Shown here: in pieces, positions 1 to 10,203 of the stretch
Position numbering within the stretch: the first letter of the stretch is position 1
Layout: each line of letters opens with the position of its first letter
Sequence record: DRR378314_606
Length of the DNA: 64,000 nt
Reading direction: 5' to 3' (one strand)
Program-made: the position numbers and the translations under genes
The notes under the pieces: model-generated
Seen by the model: the letters and a program-made list of their open reading frames with translations, nothing else
What the model was told of the DNA's origin: nothing
The model's database searches: none

Positions 1-73
1 TGGATCCCTTCCGTCTTTTGTCCCTGAAAATGCACGAATTTATATTGTAATATTGTAGCATAACAATAGTTAT

Positions 74-1258
74 ATGAATATTAAGGACAGAATAAAACAA
101 TTGGCCCAGGCACACACTTCAGAGTTTGTTAAGGTAAGGAGGCATCTGCACCAGTACCCCGAACTTTCCTTTCAAGAGCACCACACCTGTGCCTATGTGC
201 GGGAACGGCTTTTGGAAATTGGGATCACCGAAATTGAATCTGTTGCCAAAACTGGTTTAATGGCTACAATAAATGGAAAGGCTTCGGGCAAAACCATCCT
301 TTTAAGGGCAGATATGGATGCCCTTCCCATACAGGAAGAAAATACAGTGGAATACGCCTCCCAAAATAATGGGATTATGCATGCCTGTGGACATGATGTA
401 CACATGACTTCCCTCTTGCTGACCACTAAAATTCTTTGGGAGCTTAGGAAAGATTTTTCTGGAACGGTAAAATTATTATTTCAACCAGGGGAGGAACTAA
501 TGCCCGGTGGGGCTACCTTGGTAATGAAAGAGACTGCCTATAAGGCCTTGGGGTCAATTCCCCATTTAGGACAACACGTAATGCCCAACCTTCCTGCCGG
601 GAAAGTAGGTTTTAGATCTGGACTATTTATGGCCAGTATGGATGAGATTTATATCACCATTATTGGAAAAGGCGGTCATGCCGCCGTGCCAGAAGAATGT
701 ATAGACCCTATTCTCATTGCATCCCATGTTATTGTGGCGGCCCAGCAGGTGGTTAGCAGAATGGCATCGCCCAAAACTCCCAGCGTCTTGTCCTTTGGTC
801 GTATTGTTGGGGATGGGGCCAATAATGTTATCCCGGACAAGGTAACCATTGAGGGTACTTTTAGGACCTATGATGAGGTATGGAGAACAGAGGCGATTGA
901 AAAACTCACTACGTTGGTGAAATCCATCGCAGAAGGTATGGGTGCGGAATGCATAGTAGATATACCAAGGGGATACCCACATTTAAAAAATGACGTGGAA
1001 TTGACAAATGCTATGAAGAAGGGAGCAATAGACTACCTGGGTTCTAACAATGTGGAAGACCTGGATTTATGGATGGCTGCCGAGGATTTTGCTTATTATT
1101 CCCAACAAAATAGGGCCTGTTTTTATTTGTTGGGCGTAGGGAATACGGAAAAGGGCATTACCTCTGGCTTACATACCCCAACCTTCAATATAGATGAATC
1201 GGCATTGGAAACAGGAGGTGGATTAATGGCATGGTTGGCTTTGGAGTCACTGCTTTAG
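74..1258 (+). CDS. M20 family amidohydrolase (M20D/hippurate hydrolase-like)
   Basis: Motifs RRHLHQYPELSFQE, LRADMDALP, MHACGHDVH, FQPGEE, GKGGHAA, AEDFAYY and LHTPTF. Confidence 0.93.
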   Translation: MNIKDRIKQLAQAHTSEFVKVRRHLHQYPELSFQEHHTCAYVRERLLEIGITEIESVAKTGLMATINGKASGKTILLRADMDALPIQEENTVEYASQNNGIMHACGHDVHMTSLLLTTKILWELRKDFSGTVKLLFQPGEELMPGGATLVMKETAYKALGSIPHLGQHVMPNLPAGKVGFRSGLFMASMDEIYITIIGKGGHAAVPEECIDPILIASHVIVAAQQVVSRMASPKTPSVLSFGRIVGDGANNVIPDKVTIEGTFRTYDEVWRTEAIEKLTTLVKSIAEGMGAECIVDIPRGYPHLKNDVELTNAMKKGAIDYLGSNNVEDLDLWMAAEDFAYYSQQNRACFYLLGVGNTEKGITSGLHTPTFNIDESALETGGGLMAWLALESLL

Positions 1259-1266
1259 GCGAAAAA

Positions 1267-1452
1267 TTAGTTTAGTTGGGACAACCTGTTCACCAATTTT
1301 CCGACAGTTAAGCCCCGCACCAGTATAGAAAAGACAACAACATAGGTGATAACCAAGAAAAGGTCCCGATGTATTTTTGAGGTAGGCCCCAATAACAAGG
1401 TAATGGAAATTCCACCTTTTAATCCGCCCCAGGTGATAACTATGTTTTCAAG
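1267..1452 (-). pseudogene. C-terminal remnant of a CPA1/NhaP-type Na+/H+ antiporter
   Basis: Manual minus-strand translation gives NIVITWGGLKGGISITLLLGPTSKIHRDLFLVITYVVVFSILVRGLTVGKLVNRLSQLN*. This resembles the WGGLRGxxS...VVxFSILVQGLT end of NhaP proteins. There is an in-frame stop just upstream and no start codon. Confidence 0.75.
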
Positions 1453-1534
1453 TTAAGGATAGAATAAATTTTTGGCATAATGACAACCAACTAATGTTTT
1501 GTTTACTTTTAAGCCTTCCATTGGTAATTATAGT

Positions 1535-2767
1535 ATGAAAAACTATTGGCCTTATCTTGTTAGTTTTCTGTTTGTGCTACTGATCTATGGTATTCACATG
1601 TTACCAGTTTCAGATAGTATGTTGAATGAAAATAACACCGAACTATCCAATGTGTTTTTGGCATCCCAAATTAGATATCATCAGGAATTTGCACCCTTTG
1701 CGAGACGGCCGTTGACTTCCTTGTTAATCGAGGGATCCTCGGGTATTTTTGGAATTACCCTAGGGGAGTCCTTTGTACTGGTAAACCTATTATTGTTGTA
1801 TTTCAGTGGATTGTTGGTATATATCCTTTCCATTGCACTTAATGCTTCCAAGGGTCAGGCATTATTTAACCAAGTGTCTTATTTTTTGACATTTTCTATT
1901 CTATTCGCCTTTTTTCCACCCGTCTTCAGTTATGATGAGCCACTTCAGTATTGTTTGATCATGCTTGGTATTTTGGCCTTGATCCGTGAAAAGTGGTTGT
2001 ATTATATTCCTATATTTTTATTGGCAATTATTGCCAGGGAAAGTACTGTATTTCTTATGCCCGGATTGGCCATTATTTTTTCAGGTTTTAGTTTAAAGGC
2101 CAAGAATATGTGGTCCATGTCCGTAAAAAGAGAATTGCTCCTGCTCTTTGTTCCCCTTCCGCTATACGCAATTTATTTGGGGACATTTTTGTGGACTACA
2201 GATATTTGGAAAGAAACTTCAGAGGTGGCCGCCAACAGGCTGAGCTGTTATTTTCAAAATTTTGGGACTTATGCCAGTTCTGTAGAATCTATAGTCTCTT
2301 TTTTCTTGGTTTTAGGTCCTGGTCTATATTTTCTTTATATGAGCAATAAGCCAAAGGTCTTTACTGCATTGGAAAAAAATTACATTCAGGCTTTTTTACT
2401 GGCAGTGGTAATTAATACACCTATTGTAATGGTAGCTGCCTTGGCCAGGGAAACCAGATTATATGCCTTGCCACTTATTTTTTTATGGCCTATGGCCGGG
2501 CAATTGTTTGGAAAGGAATTGTTATCGCTTTTGAGAGTCAGAGTATATCTAAGTGGTCTAAAAGATTGGCGGTTTTTGCTGCTTTTGGGGTTCAGCTGTT
2601 ATATAAACTATCTAGTTTCCTTTAAAATATACGTCCCCAGTTTCCCTCCCAAGGATAACTTTTTTAATGAATATCTCTTTATACTTTTGTTCATCGTGTC
2701 CGTCCACTTTTTGATTAATATTTTTGACAAATTGTATTTGAAAAAAGATCAAGTAGGAAAAGGGTGA
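1535..2767 (+). CDS. Hypothetical polytopic membrane protein (possibly GT-C-like)
   Basis: Many hydrophobic segments with charged loop motifs YDEP, ARES and ARETRL. ATG 1535 is preferred over TTG 1499. Confidence 0.7.
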   Translation: MKNYWPYLVSFLFVLLIYGIHMLPVSDSMLNENNTELSNVFLASQIRYHQEFAPFARRPLTSLLIEGSSGIFGITLGESFVLVNLLLLYFSGLLVYILSIALNASKGQALFNQVSYFLTFSILFAFFPPVFSYDEPLQYCLIMLGILALIREKWLYYIPIFLLAIIARESTVFLMPGLAIIFSGFSLKAKNMWSMSVKRELLLLFVPLPLYAIYLGTFLWTTDIWKETSEVAANRLSCYFQNFGTYASSVESIVSFFLVLGPGLYFLYMSNKPKVFTALEKNYIQAFLLAVVINTPIVMVAALARETRLYALPLIFLWPMAGQLFGKELLSLLRVRVYLSGLKDWRFLLLLGFSCYINYLVSFKIYVPSFPPKDNFFNEYLFILLFIVSVHFLINIFDKLYLKKDQVGKG

Positions 2768-2866
2768 TCATCTCTAGGATAACAGGGATACCGAATCTTA
2801 AGCGGTAATCCAAGGCTTAAAACGGGATTGGATCAAGTCTGGATAGCTCTATTGTTTCTTTGTTAA

Positions 2867-3859
2867 TTAATACTCTATTGTTTCGCCTAAACCAGCGTAA
2901 ATATAGTCTTCGCCATAAAAGTTGGACAAAATTTTAAAGGCAAGATGGCCTGTACAATGTGCGGGGGCAATTTTTTCTACCTTAAATTCATTCTTTATTA
3001 CTTTCACCAGTTTAGTTGTTTGTTCTCTATTAAATGGTAGCATATGTAAGCCTCCATAGGCCAAACTTATTTTGTCCTGGGTTACCTCTTGTGTTTTCTG
3101 AAGGATATTTTCTATCCCTGTATGCGAACAGCCAACAATAAGCACTTGTCCATCTGCCGTTTTCAAGGCCAAGGACAATTCAGGAAGATTGGTGTTTTTA
3201 CAAGCCTCTTTTTCCTGGTCGAATCCGCCTTCCACAAAACCTTTTCCAGGATAGCAAGAAAAATATCCCATATAGGATGAATAGGTTGCAATTAACGTTA
3301 ATCCTGGAAGAATTTCTTTGGAGGATTTCATGTATTCAATGTTAGAATTCCAAAATCTGCCAGTTTGTTCAATGGTGAATTTGGTGTCCCCTCCGTCAAA
3401 ATACTGCATACTCGTTGGTAAGGAATCTTTAATTAGCGGTTCTTGACCTGTAGCATCAAATGCTACATCGGCACCCCAAAAAATATCAAATGGAAAATAG
3501 ATTTTTACTGTTGGATTAATTTTTAACAAATAATCAAGTCCGTTTAAATGATCAAAATGTCCATGTGAGACAACCACTATATCTATCTGGGATAAATCTA
3601 TATTTAGTTTGGAAATATTGTCCTTGAAAATGTCGGCATTCCCACCAGCATCAAATAGTATGGTCTTGCCCCTATAATTGGTGATACAGGAGAATCCAAA
3701 GTCTTTTGTAAGTTTCGGATTATTACCAAAGGCATCATAGAGATTGGTAATTGTCCCTTCCTTTATCTCCCTAAGGTGACCATTGGATGGCCTAGTGCCA
3801 ATAAATATAAGACCCAAAAAAACCATTGCACCTAACAGGGCGAATTTCATTTTTTTCAT
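2867..3859 (-). CDS. MBL-fold metallo-hydrolase (COG1237-like) with signal peptide
   Basis: SHGHFDHLNG (HxHxDH), ILFDAG, GCSHTG, GGLH and PAHCTG. Start taken at MKKMK. Confidence 0.88.
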   Translation of the reverse strand: MKKMKFALLGAMVFLGLIFIGTRPSNGHLREIKEGTITNLYDAFGNNPKLTKDFGFSCITNYRGKTILFDAGGNADIFKDNISKLNIDLSQIDIVVVSHGHFDHLNGLDYLLKINPTVKIYFPFDIFWGADVAFDATGQEPLIKDSLPTSMQYFDGGDTKFTIEQTGRFWNSNIEYMKSSKEILPGLTLIATYSSYMGYFSCYPGKGFVEGGFDQEKEACKNTNLPELSLALKTADGQVLIVGCSHTGIENILQKTQEVTQDKISLAYGGLHMLPFNREQTTKLVKVIKNEFKVEKIAPAHCTGHLAFKILSNFYGEDYIYAGLGETIEY

Positions 3860-4131
3860 TTTATGACGTTTAAATGTAAAATTCAAAAGGGAGATGCTCA
3901 AATACTTAGGGAGGGAGTTGGCCCAATTTTCTTGTTAGAGAATAGAGCCTATTAAATGTAGCTATTTTTTAAATATATCAAATTAAAACAGCGCCGTAAA
4001 TTATTCTGTTAGAACGGAATGATTCCGTATGTAATGGTTTGCTGGGCAGTATTTTATGCTCAACATGGGAATTAAAATAAGCGTTCCTTATTCTTAAGTA
4101 TACGAATAGGTGTTTCGTAATCCTGTAAACC

Positions 4132-4755
4132 CTATTCCCTTATCTTCCTATGTATTACAGGTGCCACCAATTTGGGGTCATGGGGTAAGGTGGATTGTTC
4201 AAATTCCAGTTTGTGTTCTTTTCCCAATTTATCATAGGATGCCAATACTAAATCTAAATAACGTTTTTCTATGATGTTTTTGTCCCCGTCATTAATGTCA
4301 TCATACTCATATTCAGGCAGCGCCTTGTAGGCATAGACTTTGCCATTTTCAAAATTATATTCTTCAACACGATCCGTTACATCAATTCTGGTATACCCTA
4401 ATTCAAATTGATCGAACAATGCCAATTCCTCATGGGTCAAGAAATACAAAGTACAGTTTAATCGTATATCCTTATTCTCAATAATATTTAAAAAAATAGA
4501 CTTTTCGTAAGGTATGGCGCTGTTATTTTTTAGATAAAAGGATTCATAGTTTATATATTCTGCAGGAAAATTTGGATCGTTATTGGGGGCTACAAAATTC
4601 CAAGCACGCTGCAGGCCGATAAGATGTATCCAATAGATAGGATCTTCATATTTTCTACCTAGAATTTCTTCGAGACTCTCCAAAGAGGATAACATACCGT
4701 ATCCGATCATTCCTACTTTGCCTTCTTGGATTTCTATAGTGGATTTTCCGTTCAT
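4132..4755 (-). CDS. Gamma-glutamylcyclotransferase-like protein
   Basis: N-terminal IGYG motif, GLQRAWN, and LALFDQFELGYTRIDV (LD.rE.gY.r-like), then YLDLV helix. Confidence 0.6.
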   Translation of the reverse strand: MNGKSTIEIQEGKVGMIGYGMLSSLESLEEILGRKYEDPIYWIHLIGLQRAWNFVAPNNDPNFPAEYINYESFYLKNNSAIPYEKSIFLNIIENKDIRLNCTLYFLTHEELALFDQFELGYTRIDVTDRVEEYNFENGKVYAYKALPEYEYDDINDGDKNIIEKRYLDLVLASYDKLGKEHKLEFEQSTLPHDPKLVAPVIHRKIRE

Positions 4756-4949
4756 TAGCTTACATCGTAAAATGTTGATACTTAAGAAGATAAAATTTAT
4801 ATTGAAGAAGAAATTTGCTTCCCTTTAATCAAATTTGTTGTGAATAAAGTCCATTTCAAGTTGTTTTGATGAAGATTTCTTGGCCAGATACTTTGATGAC
4901 ATAACATCCCAAATTTAGCTTAATTCACTATATAAGTAAGAGACACTTT

Positions 4950-5405
4950 TTAAAATATTTCATCCAAGGCCTTGGTCCTATAGTCGAATATTTCGTTGAG
5001 CTTTCCCTTTATAATAAGGGTGTTGGCAACACTACCCAGGAGTCCCAAAGGTGGTTGGTAGCTTACAATATCTGTCACTAGGGTCCCCTTTTCCGTCCGC
5101 TGTATCCTATGCTGATGATGCCATATCTTGTATGGTCCAACCCGTTGTTCGTCCACAAAATAACTATTTTCCTTTAAATGGGTAATTTCGGTTACCCATG
5201 TTGTCTTTATTCCGAACAAGGGTGAAACCTTGTAGCTTATAATCATGCCGGCATACATTTCGGAAGGTACATCTTTTGAAATGATATCAAAGCCCATATA
5301 ATCCGGGGTTATTTTTTTTAGATTGGCGGGGTCGGAAATAAATTTCCATACTTCTTCCAAACTGGCATTGATTTCCTGTGTTTTTTTAAATTGATAAAAT
5401 CCCAT
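4950..5405 (-). CDS. SRPBCC family protein
   Basis: EVWKFISDPANLKKITP, WVTEIT, FVDEQRVGPYKIWHHQH and IFDYR. Confidence 0.88.
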   Translation of the reverse strand: MGFYQFKKTQEINASLEEVWKFISDPANLKKITPDYMGFDIISKDVPSEMYAGMIISYKVSPLFGIKTTWVTEITHLKENSYFVDEQRVGPYKIWHHQHRIQRTEKGTLVTDIVSYQPPLGLLGSVANTLIIKGKLNEIFDYRTKALDEIF

Positions 5406-5420
5406 GCTTACTTAATTGAA

Positions 5421-6062
5421 TTAATTAGAATTTGATTTCTTCCTTAATAATAAGGAAAATACTAGTGGCACAGTAGTAATTATTATTAAGGATAGGAAGA
5501 TTAGTCCATAATTATTCTTCACCCAAGTAATTTCTCCGACAAAAAAACCTGTTAATAAGAAAAGGCTTATCCATAATACTGCACCTGAAATGGTATTTTT
5601 TAAGAATAAACGGCGATCCATATAGACCATACCGGCCAAAAAAGGAATATAGGTTCTAATGATCGGGAAAAAGCGACCTATAATTATGGCTCTTCCCCCG
5701 TGTTTGTCATAAAATTTCTGTGCTTTGGGCAAGCTTTTCATCAAGTAGTTTTTTAGAAAATAATTATTACTTCGTTCCAACTTTTCGCCCAAATATTTTC
5801 CAGCGGTAAAATTTAAAAGGTTTCCTATAATGGCGGCTATAATAAGTATTACCAGCAATATCCAAATGTTTAAATTTGTAGAGGCGGCTACCACTCCAGC
5901 GGAAAATAAAAGGCCGTCCCCCGGTAGAAATGGAAAGAATATAAGGCCGGTCTCGAGCATGATTATAAAAAAAAGTAGAAGATAGGCATTAAAAACATTA
6001 TCTGCCACCAAGGCCAATAGTGCATCATCCGTATGTAATATTATTTCGATTAACCTGTCCAT
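5421..6062 (-). CDS. DedA family (VTT domain) membrane protein
   Basis: ETGLIFFPFLPGDGLLFSAG, GRFFPIIRTYIPFLAG. Confidence 0.93.
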   Translation of the reverse strand: MDRLIEIILHTDDALLALVADNVFNAYLLLFFIIMLETGLIFFPFLPGDGLLFSAGVVAASTNLNIWILLVILIIAAIIGNLLNFTAGKYLGEKLERSNNYFLKNYLMKSLPKAQKFYDKHGGRAIIIGRFFPIIRTYIPFLAGMVYMDRRLFLKNTISGAVLWISLFLLTGFFVGEITWVKNNYGLIFLSLIIITTVPLVFSLLLRKKSNSN

Positions 6063-6538
6063 CGTAATTGAATTGTATCTTATTTGCTCCAGTTGAAAAT
6101 AAGGTGAAAGGGTGGTAATTAGTACTGTGTTTGGGGTAAAATTATCCCCATAATAATGCCATGGCTACATTGGTGTAGTATCTGCGTCATGGGAAAAGAA
6201 ACAATTTTCCATTGTAAAAAATAGTTTATTAAATGTACGTAATATCTAGCGTGCAAAGTTGGGGAACGTATTAAATATTTTGTAAGGTTGAAGAAGTTTT
6301 TCTTAATCACTTTTAGCTTGGCAAACTTATTTTGGGCTCGGTGCGGAATTTTTAGGGCAGCCTAGGCAAATTTCCGTAAAGTAGAATTTAGGTAAATTCA
6401 GAGCTTCCATTGTGGGCAATCGAGCCTTGAAATCAACTTTTTTAATTAAGTAGAATTCTTAATTCCACTGACATTCCAATACATTATATGTTCTTTGGAA
6501 ATGCCTAATGTGCGGTAATGACAAGGTGGGCAAAAAGT

Positions 6539-6581
6539 AAAAAACCATAGTCGCGCCTTGGGCTGTGTGACTACGGTTTTT
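6539..6581 (-). terminator. Intrinsic terminator-like hairpin downstream of the cupin gene
   Basis: Minus strand reads AAAAACCGTAGTC...GACTATGGTTTTTT, a 13-bp stem with one G-U pair and A/T tracts at both ends. Confidence 0.6.
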
Positions 6582-6666
6582 ATGAATAAAATATTTTGGT
6601 TTTAAACCTTTCGCGCTTGTGTTTGTAGAAGGTACTAATATATCTTAGTTCTGTTTTCTTCTGAAA

Positions 6667-7212
6667 TTAAACAAAGGTAATGCCCTGTTTTGCACATATC
6701 TCTGCAACCTTCGGAAAGTCTGGGGGTCCAGGTGGTAATTGGGATAATTCAGTGAACATATGTTCTATCCCTGCAGGGAAGGCAGAGGTAATCATTTTGG
6801 CCTTTTCCGTACCCACAACTGTCCAGGAATGAGGGATGTTTTTTGGGGCAAAGGCCACATCGCCCTCATTTAAAATTGTGGTGGCTCCATCAACCATTAT
6901 TTCTACCTGCCCTTTAATGACCCTAAAGATTTCATCTTCGCAGGTATGGATGTGCGCAGGTATGCCTACCCCTGGTTCTACATTGTCTACCCATTCCACA
7001 ATCTGGTTTCCAGTTTCGCTACCAACAAGTTTATGTGTTTGTATGTCCCCTATTACATTTAAAACATTTCCTTCTTCGTCCCTGATGACCTTGGGTACCA
7101 ATTTATCGGAATAGTCGCCATCTCCAGTTGATGATTGACATTGTACCAATCCTGGGACCAACGTTAATCCCAATCCTACTCCTGTTGTCTTTAAAAATTT
7201 TTTCCTATCCAT
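6667..7212 (-). CDS. Cupin-domain protein (quercetinase-like), Tat-like lipoprotein signal
   Basis: PAHIHTCEDEIF and PKNIPHSW cupin motifs; N-terminus MDRKKFLK...GLVQC. Confidence 0.82.
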   Translation of the reverse strand: MDRKKFLKTTGVGLGLTLVPGLVQCQSSTGDGDYSDKLVPKVIRDEEGNVLNVIGDIQTHKLVGSETGNQIVEWVDNVEPGVGIPAHIHTCEDEIFRVIKGQVEIMVDGATTILNEGDVAFAPKNIPHSWTVVGTEKAKMITSAFPAGIEHMFTELSQLPPGPPDFPKVAEICAKQGITFV

Positions 7213-7299
7213 AATATTGTTTTTAGTAGTAGCAACTTACAATATTAGGTAGCGCTAGGGAATGCGAAAAACTGGGTAAATCCTTAGATTTTATAGGAT

Positions 7300-8103
7300 T
7301 TAGTTCTGTCTGAGCATAGACGGAGTTACACCAGTATGCTTTTTAAAGAAATAGCTGAAGTAATCAGGGGAAGAGAAGCCCAATTCAAAACATATTTCTT
7401 TTACGGTCTTATCCGTAAATTTTAAAGCGTGCCTTGAAGTCATTATTCTTTTCTCGGTTATAACCGCCTTGGCATTTACCCCAATGGTTTCTTTTATGCA
7501 TTCATTTAAATAGTTGTCTGAAACATTGAGCAGATCCGCATAGTCACTCACTTTATGGTACTTGGCAAACCACTTGTCCACCAGTTTTTTGAATTTATAG
7601 ACGATTGCCTTTTTTGCATCGTTTTCCGAAATAACGGATTTGATATTGCACTGACCATCACAATAGACAAAAATGGTATTCAAGAGGGAAATTATGGCAT
7701 CGTCCTTATGGTTCAGTTCAGAACCGATCAGTTCATCAAGCATTTCCAAAATAGACTGAATTCTTTTTTCAATACCCGGGGATAAATTGATTTTGGGGAT
7801 TTCCTCCGTGGTAAAAAGCCTGATTTCATTTATATGTAGTTTGCTCAATAAGGGATTGTCCAGTATTTCCTTAGACAAGTACAGTATATATCCGGAAGAT
7901 GTGGTGCTATTTTCTTTTGAAATTTTCCAATTGATACTAGGGTGAAGAAAGAAAATGGAATTAGATACATTATTGTAGGAAACCCTGTCTATTTCAAGGG
8001 ATTTTACTCCGTTCTGAATCCAAAAAACAGAGTAATATTTTCCGTCCTTTTCAGAAACGGTCTTATTTGATATTCTCGATATTTTTATGGCTTCTGGATT
8101 CAT
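7300..8103 (-). CDS. AraC family transcriptional regulator
   Basis: VSDYADLLNVSDNYLN and VKEICFELGFSSPDYFSYFFKKHTGVTP. Confidence 0.93.
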   Translation of the reverse strand: MNPEAIKISRISNKTVSEKDGKYYSVFWIQNGVKSLEIDRVSYNNVSNSIFFLHPSINWKISKENSTTSSGYILYLSKEILDNPLLSKLHINEIRLFTTEEIPKINLSPGIEKRIQSILEMLDELIGSELNHKDDAIISLLNTIFVYCDGQCNIKSVISENDAKKAIVYKFKKLVDKWFAKYHKVSDYADLLNVSDNYLNECIKETIGVNAKAVITEKRIMTSRHALKFTDKTVKEICFELGFSSPDYFSYFFKKHTGVTPSMLRQN

Positions 8104-8275
8104 AAAGTCGGCTTTAGGCCGTGTTAAATGGAATCATTTTTAGAAACTTATTCAATGATTAAAAAATCCCATATATAAATATGCGAAAACTTTGGGGGAT
8201 TAACAAGGTTGGGGAATTATATCTACCTAGAATCCACCTTTTGTAACCGGTTGTGATAGATTGGCGATGATAGTT

Positions 8276-8623
8276 CTATTGATCCGACCATACTGCAAGC
8301 TCATTGCCGGAAGGGTCACTAAAATGGAACCTACGACCTCCTGGAAAAGAAAAAATATCCTTGGTAATATCACCACCAGCCTCGATTATTTTATCCCTTA
8401 CGAAAACAAGATTTTTGTGATATAAAATTACCAGGGCACCGTTCACTATTTCATTTTCAGTCTTTTCAAATCCTCCTTCCAATCCACTATCCGAAAAGGC
8501 GATATAGGTAGGGCCATAGTCCGTAAAGGTCCAATTAAAGGCTGCGGTGTAGAATTTTTTAGTTTTTTCAAGGTCCTTTGCCTTGAGCTCTACATAGTTG
8601 ATGTGGTTGTCTTTTGCTGTCAT
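8276..8623 (-). CDS. VOC (glyoxalase/bleomycin resistance) family protein
   Basis: INYVELKAKDLEKTKKFY and GGRRFHFSDPSGNELAVW. Confidence 0.9.
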   Translation of the reverse strand: MTAKDNHINYVELKAKDLEKTKKFYTAAFNWTFTDYGPTYIAFSDSGLEGGFEKTENEIVNGALVILYHKNLVFVRDKIIEAGGDITKDIFSFPGGRRFHFSDPSGNELAVWSDQ

Positions 8624-8712
8624 TTAATTAGGTTTTTTTGAATGCAGTTTGAATGATAGTTAAATTTAGTTTCCATTTAGGTTGGGACCAAACCCATTGA
8701 TTAAATCTTAAC

Positions 8713-10203
8713 TTATTTTGTGGTTAATTTTTGATGCATTACCTTTCCTTCCCTAACTATTATTTCAATGATTTCCTCTATGTCTTTTTTGGAGGTCCTA
8801 AAATTTACAATACAGCCGCGTAAGCAATATTTATGATTTACTATGGCGTTGGAGAGAAATACCTGGCCACCTAGTTGCAGCTTATCCAATAGGGCCTCAT
8901 TTAAGGTGTTTAAATATTTTTCATTCCCATCGGATTTATCCCCGTAGCCCAATGGCACATACCTCAGGGTGGTAATACTCAAATTCTGGGTTATAGCTTC
9001 CAATTCCTCATGGTTTACTGCCAATTGGAAAAATAATTGGGACAGTACAATGTCTTCCCTAATTATTTTTAAATATCCACTTCTTCCTAATTGTTTTAGT
9101 GCCATCCAAACCTTTAAAGCCCTAAATCCACGTGAGTTTTGAAGTCCATATTCATAAAAATTCTGAGCTGTTCCCTGTTCGTTTTTGCTAAAATTATAAT
9201 ATTCGGGATGCGAACTATAGGTGTCTGTAAGGTGTTTGGGGTTTTTGACCAAGGTACACCCAGCTTCTAAGGGACTATAGAGCCATTTATGCGGGTCCAG
9301 TGCTAAGGAATCTGCCTCTTTAATGCCTTGGAACATTTGTTTTAATTCTGGAACAATAGCGGCAGGTATGCCATAGGCTCCATCTATATGGAACCATAAA
9401 TCATAAGTCTTACATATAGATGCAATGCCGTTTAGGTTATCTACAACCCCTGTACTTACATCTCCTGCAGTTCCTACAATCATAAATGGTTGATGGCCAT
9501 CTTTCAAATCCTTTTTTATGGCTTTTTCCAAGAGATCGTTGTCCATTTTATTGGAGGCGTCGGTTGGGATCCATCTGGTAGACTTTGAACCATGGCCAAA
9601 AAGAATAGCTGCTTTTTCCACCCAGGTATGTGTAGTTTTTGAACAATAGATCAATAATTTTTTTGAAGTTGAGGTAAGGCCGTCTTCCTTTATGTTTTTT
9701 GGGGCCTTGGCAGTTCGCGCTGCTAAAAATGCAGTAAAATTGGCCATGTTGCCTCCACTTACCAATATTCCGCCATAGTCTGGCCCTACCCCAATAAATT
9801 CAGCCAGCCATTGTACGGTTTGCTTTTCAATTTCTGTGGCCATGGGGCTCAAAATATGTGCACCCACATTGGGGTTTACCGAAGCCGCCAATAAATCGGC
9901 CAGCATACCAATAGGTGCAGGGGAGGAGGTAATATAGCCCATAAATTTTGGATGCCCGTTGAGCAGGGAATGGTCCATCAATAAATCGGTGGCATTGGAA
10001 ATAATATCTTTTGCGTCAGTACCGTTGTCCGGAAGGGAAGAAACGCCCAGTAGTTTTTGTAGTGCTTGGGGTTCCTCTCCTAGGGTAACAGGTTTTTCAT
10101 CAATTGTGTCTAAGAATCCAGCTATCTTATCTATTAGCTGATAACCAATACTTTTAAACTCTTCTTTTTTTATTTCCAGTGCTGAATCTCGATTATTGGT
10201 CAT
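8713..10203 (-). CDS. Group II PLP-dependent decarboxylase (aromatic amino acid decarboxylase-like)
   Basis: HPKFMGYI, SGGNMANF, WFHIDGAYG, LDPHKWLY (PLP lysine) and QNSRGFRALKVW. ATG 10203 is preferred. Confidence 0.9.
   Translation of the reverse strand: MTNNRDSALEIKKEEFKSIGYQLIDKIAGFLDTIDEKPVTLGEEPQALQKLLGVSSLPDNGTDAKDIISNATDLLMDHSLLNGHPKFMGYITSSPAPIGMLADLLAASVNPNVGAHILSPMATEIEKQTVQWLAEFIGVGPDYGGILVSGGNMANFTAFLAARTAKAPKNIKEDGLTSTSKKLLIYCSKTTHTWVEKAAILFGHGSKSTRWIPTDASNKMDNDLLEKAIKKDLKDGHQPFMIVGTAGDVSTGVVDNLNGIASICKTYDLWFHIDGAYGIPAAIVPELKQMFQGIKEADSLALDPHKWLYSPLEAGCTLVKNPKHLTDTYSSHPEYYNFSKNEQGTAQNFYEYGLQNSRGFRALKVWMALKQLGRSGYLKIIREDIVLSQLFFQLAVNHEELEAITQNLSITTLRYVPLGYGDKSDGNEKYLNTLNEALLDKLQLGGQVFLSNAIVNHKYCLRGCIVNFRTSKKDIEEIIEIIVREGKVMHQKLTTK

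Noticed and set aside
4800-4920. Short minus-strand peptide GCYVIKVSGQEIFIKTT vaguely like a GH20/GH67 N-terminal domain
   Set aside because: Too short and stop-interrupted to support a pseudogene call
6063-6212. ATG at 6212 in frame with dedA, interrupted by a single TAG (MENCFFSHDADTTPM*PWHYYGD...), suggesting readthrough or a pseudogene
   Set aside because: DedA is complete from 6062, the peptide resembles nothing I recognise, and such frames arise by chance
6119-6310. 63-aa minus-strand ORF in the dedA-cupin gap
   Set aside because: GTG start, no motif; probably spurious
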